Assembly: GCF_009914755.1 (NCBI RefSeq)
Contig: NC_060926.1
Direction: 5' to 3' (one strand)
Length of the DNA: 64,000 bases
From: the human T2T-CHM13v2.0 reference genome, Homo sapiens
This document shows, piece by piece, positions 58,490 through 64,000 of this stretch (the first letter of the stretch is position 1; each line of letters begins with the position of its first letter). The translations under genes were made by a program, and so were the position numbers. The notes below the pieces were generated by a model. The model searched no databases and had not been told where the DNA came from. It worked only from the letters and a program-made list of their open reading frames with translations.

Positions 58490-59720
58490 TAAAAATATAT
58501 ATTAATCAATATAACATATACACATGGTAACAAAGCAAATAGCACATATGATAAAAAGCAAAAATAGCACCCACATCTTTCTCTTCTTACCCCCAATACC
58601 ACATCCTAGAAGCAAACTCTTCCAATTGTTTCTGCTTGTAGTTTTAGTGGTTACCTCCCTAATTCCAGATACTATGATTTTATCTCTGTTTTGATTTATC
58701 CACTTTAGATAGTATCTAATTAATCCCATACATGAGAGCTTGAAATTCAGGTCACTTACTCATCTCTATTCTTTTCAATATATATTATTAGTATTAATAA
58801 TTCTATCAGTTATCTTTATATCTTTAAATAATATATTTAAACCTCTATTTCTTATCCCATCAGCTCTTGCAGTATCTCTTGCAACTCACTTATTAAAGGC
58901 ATAATTTAATGTAAGCTTCAAAAGGGTAAGAAGTTTTGTCTGTCTTTTCCCCCTTTCTCTGTATCTCAAGTACCTAAAACAACATCTGCACCCAGTAGAT
59001 TCTCAGCAAATATTTGTCAAGTGAATGAATGAATGACTGCATTAATGGTATCAGTGTATTGGCATCCTTACCCTTCCTTCTACATGTTCTATTTTTCCTC
59101 CTATCCATTATACCTTTGGGGTTTTTTTTACCATGTAAATTTATTAAAATTTGCATTCAGTCCTGCAAGCACAGAAAAGCCTTCTATGCTTTATCCATAG
59201 GTGACTAGGACTAGAAGTCTTTGCTTTTCCCAAATATTGTTCAGTTTTAGAGAAGAGCCACCTGATGTTTTGCCTGCATGTTGGTTTGGGGAAGAAGGAC
59301 TGAGGTACCTACTGGTTGCAGCAGCTTCATTACAGACTTCAAACAAATCCCCTGATTTCAACTTCAGTTCTTATTCCCTTGCTATGGACTCAGGCCAGAG
59401 ACTTTCTGGGATTTTGCAGAAGAGATTGACTTATATCTCCTTGTAGCTTATCATCTATAAAACGATGAATTTCTCAGCCTATTTCATTCACCAAAATATT
59501 CCCATTCATTTTCAATCTCCCAAACTTTATTAAAATAATTTGTCTGTTGGTTTATCCACAATTTCATTGTCTACAATGTAATTAGTTTACTTCTCTTTGT
59601 GCATCTCTACTTTTTTCTTAGTAGATGTTAAAATGAAGACTTGTACCTTGTCTGACATCTTAAACTAGAAGCATTAGAAGTAATTTTTAAAGTGTTCTAT
59701 TTAATTTGTGTGTATGTGAA
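58490..59720 (-). mobile_element. Old L1M 3' fragments with an L2 end inside
   Basis: AT-rich L1ME/MD-like sequence; aaatatttgtcaagtgaatgaatgaatga L2 tail at ~59010-59037. Confidence 0.45.
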
Positions 59721-59806
59721 AGAATTATGGGATACAGATGATTTGTTACAGACAACTTCTTGCCTTTCTTGCTCTGACCCTGACTTCTCACATGAACTAT
59801 AATATA

Positions 59807-60297
59807 CAGTTGATCTTTGAACAACAAAGCTTTGAACTGTGTAGGTCCACTTACACATGGATTTTTTCAGTAAAAGTTACACCAAGTATGCCTTACTCTC
59901 TTGCTTCCCCTTCCACCTCTTCTCCTCTTCTGCCTCTGCCACCCTAAGACAGCAAGATCGACCTCTTCTATTCCTCCTTCTCCTCAGCCTAGTCAATGTG
60001 AAAATGACAAGGATGAAAACCTTTATAATGATCCACTTAATAAATGGTAAATACATTTTTCTTCCTTATAATTTTCTTAATAGCAGTTTCTTTTCTCTGG
60101 CTTACTATATTGTAAGAATACTGTATATAATACATGTACAAAATATGTGTTAATCGACTATTTGTTATCAATAAAGCTTTGAGTCAACAGTAGGCAATTA
60201 GTAGTTAAGTTTTGGGGGCGTCAAAAGTTATATGCAGATTTTTGACTGCATGGGGGTCTTGGTGCCCCTAATCCCCATGTTGTTCAAGGGTCAACTG
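59807..60297 (+). mobile_element. Tigger2a/2b-like element with both TIRs
   Basis: ta|cagttgatctttgaacaac ... gttgttcaagggtcaactg|ta; TA TSD. Confidence 0.88.
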
Positions 60298-60932
60298 TAT
60301 TTAATACGTTAGTGTTGATTCTCTTAATGTTCCTTTTTTATTTTTAATTTATTTCAGAGATTTATGTTAATTACGTGATCCATCTTTTAAGACACTTTTT
60401 AAATTTGACAAAAATCTAGTTAATAAGAAAATGAATTTAAAAAATAAAACCTCCCTCCTCTCTATATACATACTGCAGATAAGCTCAAATCCTCCCTCAT
60501 AGAGAATCAAGAAGAGGGAGGAGTGAGGAGGGGTGAACAGGCAATTGTGACCTGGCTTCTTCCTTATATGGCCACAGACCCAATGTATGGGCACAACCAA
60601 TGTTTCCAAGGTGATGAGTCTAGAGAATTCTAGAAAAAATGTCCAACGACTGCCTACACTTATCATACTTCTACATGAACAGAAGCAATTCTCTTACCAA
60701 TATTCCTTGATTTATCCAACAAACATTATTTTGGAAGGAAGGAGTGTCATATTTATTGATTATACTATGTTCTAACTCTTCTACCTATGTTACATTTTCT
60801 GATTGTTACAACAAAATTAAGAAGTAGGTATTATAGTAGACTTGTCATTTGAAGACTTAACCTTGGGGATTTTAGCTATTTTTCAGTAACCCCAAAAGTG
60901 TATAACGTGTAATTTTTCAAAAGCATTCATTT

Positions 60933-61233
<301 letters not shown>

Positions 61234-64000
61234 TCATTTGATGCTTGCTGATGCCAAGTTGAAAGCTGAAGTAGTTGAGCAAGTCATTAATCAGGGAGTA
61301 AGATGGAATTATTCTGAGCACCCCTATTTCAGCTTGAGTTTGTATTCTCACCTCTCTATTGTAGCTCTCCAGAAATATTCGGGTAGTATTCTTGCATTTG
61401 AGTATTCCCATGCCTCAAGATTGTTCCTTAAATATTTCAAGGGTCTATTATAATCCATACGTAAAATAATGTGACAATGTTCACTCAAGAAAAATGTCAA
61501 ACTAGTATTTAAGATCATTTTTTTCTGGCCTCCAAAATTCACGTTCTTCCTTTGCTAACCACTAAGCTTCCCTTAATGCTGGGGATAAAACTGCAGCAAT
61601 AATCACTGTTTCCCATAAATCTACAGTCCCATAAGGAAGGGGGTACCTCTCACAGCAGCACACTATGCTTCAGGCAGGCCGAAGATAACTCCAGAGTCAA
61701 CCAGGCAACAATGAAGCTTTGTTACAAAATTAACTCCCTCCTAACGACCAAAAGGATAAGAAGAGCAAATGCAAATCACTCAATTAAATCAGTCAAACAA
61801 CCAGTTTAATAACAGGTAGAGATTTGTGGCCTGAGGAGAACATGAATTAATTATGAAAAATTGACAAAGAAACCAAAATTAAGAAGCAATGGCCTAAGTT
61901 CTGCCAAACTCAGAGATAGTCTATGACTCAGACAGACTGGTTCACCAGCTTCTTGGTAAGTTGGAGGAGTTTCATAAAACTTCATTGTTCTAGTTCATAA
62001 TAAGGTGGAGCGTGAAGTGTTCCAGTTGTTTTCAGCAACAAGTAAATCAGTGCCTTTGGGCATGGGTGATACTTGGTCAATGACTGAATCTGTTCCTGCC
62101 TCCAAAATATCTCAGCTTGGTTTCTTCAAACCAATTAACTCTGTTTTAGTAAGAGGAGGTTTGCTCATACCTTCTTTAATGAGATTAATAATATCAGTCC
62201 TTCCATAAAATCACTAATGTATAAAACAACCCCAAATCTCCATCCTCGATTGACTCCAGCAGATATTTATGAGTTTTTCCTGCTGGGTGTCACATATGCT
62301 GTTTGATATGGATGTGGACTTCAGTTCTGTTCTTTTTTCCAAGAAAAAATTTCAAAACAACTTTTAAAAAAAATGACGTGGGCCCTGTGCTGCTTAGTTA
62401 GCTGAGATGCCCTTAGATAAGAATTGTAACCATTTAGAAGGCACGTAGGCTAGTTAATCAATGAAATTATCAGTGTCTTCTCTTAAAGAAAATAGTACAC
62501 AGAAAAGGTAAAATCTAACTCAAATTGCATATAATAATTGCTGAAGACATTTATATGACACTTCAGAGCTACAGAATACCTTCACATCCACGATTTCCCT
62601 GAATCCTTAGAAGATTGTTGGGAGATAGATGTTATTTTCTTTTTAACAGGTTGAGTATCTTGCCTGAGGTGACACAGGTGCTGCATGACCGCAGCCAACT
62701 CCACTTATATGTAATTTCTTTACTGAGAGCAAACCTGACCTCTGCTAAGTGAGGTGCTGGGGTTACAACCATGAATAAGACAATGTCTTTCTTCACATTG
62801 TGTTTGCAGTGTGCATACACGCATTGTCAGTAAAATGTCTAATACTTGTTGGAATCAGATAGAAAGCAGTGTTTTTTTGCCAACAGACAAGAAAACTCCA
62901 GTCAGACATGATTCTGGTTCAGCTTGACCTGACCCGCTTCAGCTTTGTCCTGGGAAGATCATAAATCATGATGAAAACATTGCCCAGTCCTTGTTCCCAT
63001 TACCTCTTTGCCAGATCCACACAAGTTGCCAAGGGACTGATTTATCAGATTGTTGTTATGAGGACGGCTAATGCCACATTCATCGTGCCAGGTAGTATCT
63101 GTACCCAAGATCCTCCCTAGGAAAAAGCAGCAAGAGTTGAAGTTCCGAGAACTAAGAGGAAACTATGACCTAAAAGAGGTCACCTATGACCACGGGTCAG
63201 CTAGGTGTGAATGAAAAATTATTCTGCTGATTTATGAAGTGGAAAATATGACAGGAACTAGTGTTTATTCTAGTAAATTCCATGAATTTTACTGAAATCT
63301 TGTCAAAAACCAATATGTGAATCTTTCAAACTGTTAGCCAAAAGCAAATGTTAGTGGTCTGATTAGTGGAGTTATCCCAGCAAGCATGTAAAATGTCACA
63401 AATGACTTTAACCTGGGTTAGCCTTGTCCTTCCACCTGCCTCTCTCTGCACTGAGACACCTCCCTCTTGTATATTGAGGAATGAGCTTTGTCCCTCATAT
63501 CTTTCCTGAACCCAGGGAGTTACTCTGGCATCGTCATGACTCACTCTGCAGCCGGGAACCATCTAGAACGTGCAAACATTGTCTTCATTGATGGAGGCCG
63601 CCTTTCCTTCACATGGGGCCAGCAACAGGAAAGGCTGGTTTTTTTTTTTTCTTTTTTCTGCCCAACCTATTTGTTTCCCACATTGTCATCCTACAAAGCA
63701 GTACAGGTATATCAGTTGTTACTGATTGGCAAGATAACCAAAGGAACTGGGCAGAAAAAGCAGTAGTTTAGTCTAAGAGAGATAGTCTAGGGGCAAAGCA
63801 CCCAGCAAGTTGAAGGCCTTGCAGTGGTTCCTGCGTGAACTCTCCCCAACTCATAACCTGTTGCCCTGTCTGCACCTTTCTGGTGTAATCTCTGCTCCTT
63901 ATGTAATCTCTAGATGCAAACCTCCACCTTTGTAAACCCTCACCCCTAACCTCAGTGGTCATCCTTCCCTCATGGGTTAGTAACCCTGAGTCATTCCATC

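Noticed and set aside
61985-62210. Near-open frames suggesting another pseudogene
   Set aside because: No recognisable homology on either strand; a blastx search would settle it

Overview
AT-rich primate (very probably human) non-coding genomic DNA. I see no intact protein-coding exon, RNA gene or CRISPR array. Most ORFs in the supplied track come from Alu, THE1 or simple repeats, or are unassignable chance frames. Two decayed gene copies can be read by stitching broken ORFs. One is an intronless KDM3A (JMJD1A) processed pseudogene on the minus strand (~7105-9622), with an AluJ inserted and two internal deletions. The other is a heavily decayed claudin (CLDN6-like) pseudogene on the plus strand (~5114-5536). 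The rest is about 21 Alus, two two-LTR THE1 MaLR elements (one near full length, one internally deleted), solo MaLR/ERVL LTRs, Tigger/hAT DNA transposons and L1/L2/L3/MIR relics. Other points of note are an isolated 155-bp L1PA 5' promoter stub, several junctions with templated inverted/direct micro-repeats, and perfect ARE/MARE motifs. From memory only (unverified), a KDM3A pseudogene (KDM3AP1) lies at 2q32.2 near WDR75 and SLC40A1, so this may be that intergenic interval. I found no convincing new multi-gene system. Repeat subfamily names and boundaries were assigned by eye and are approximate.
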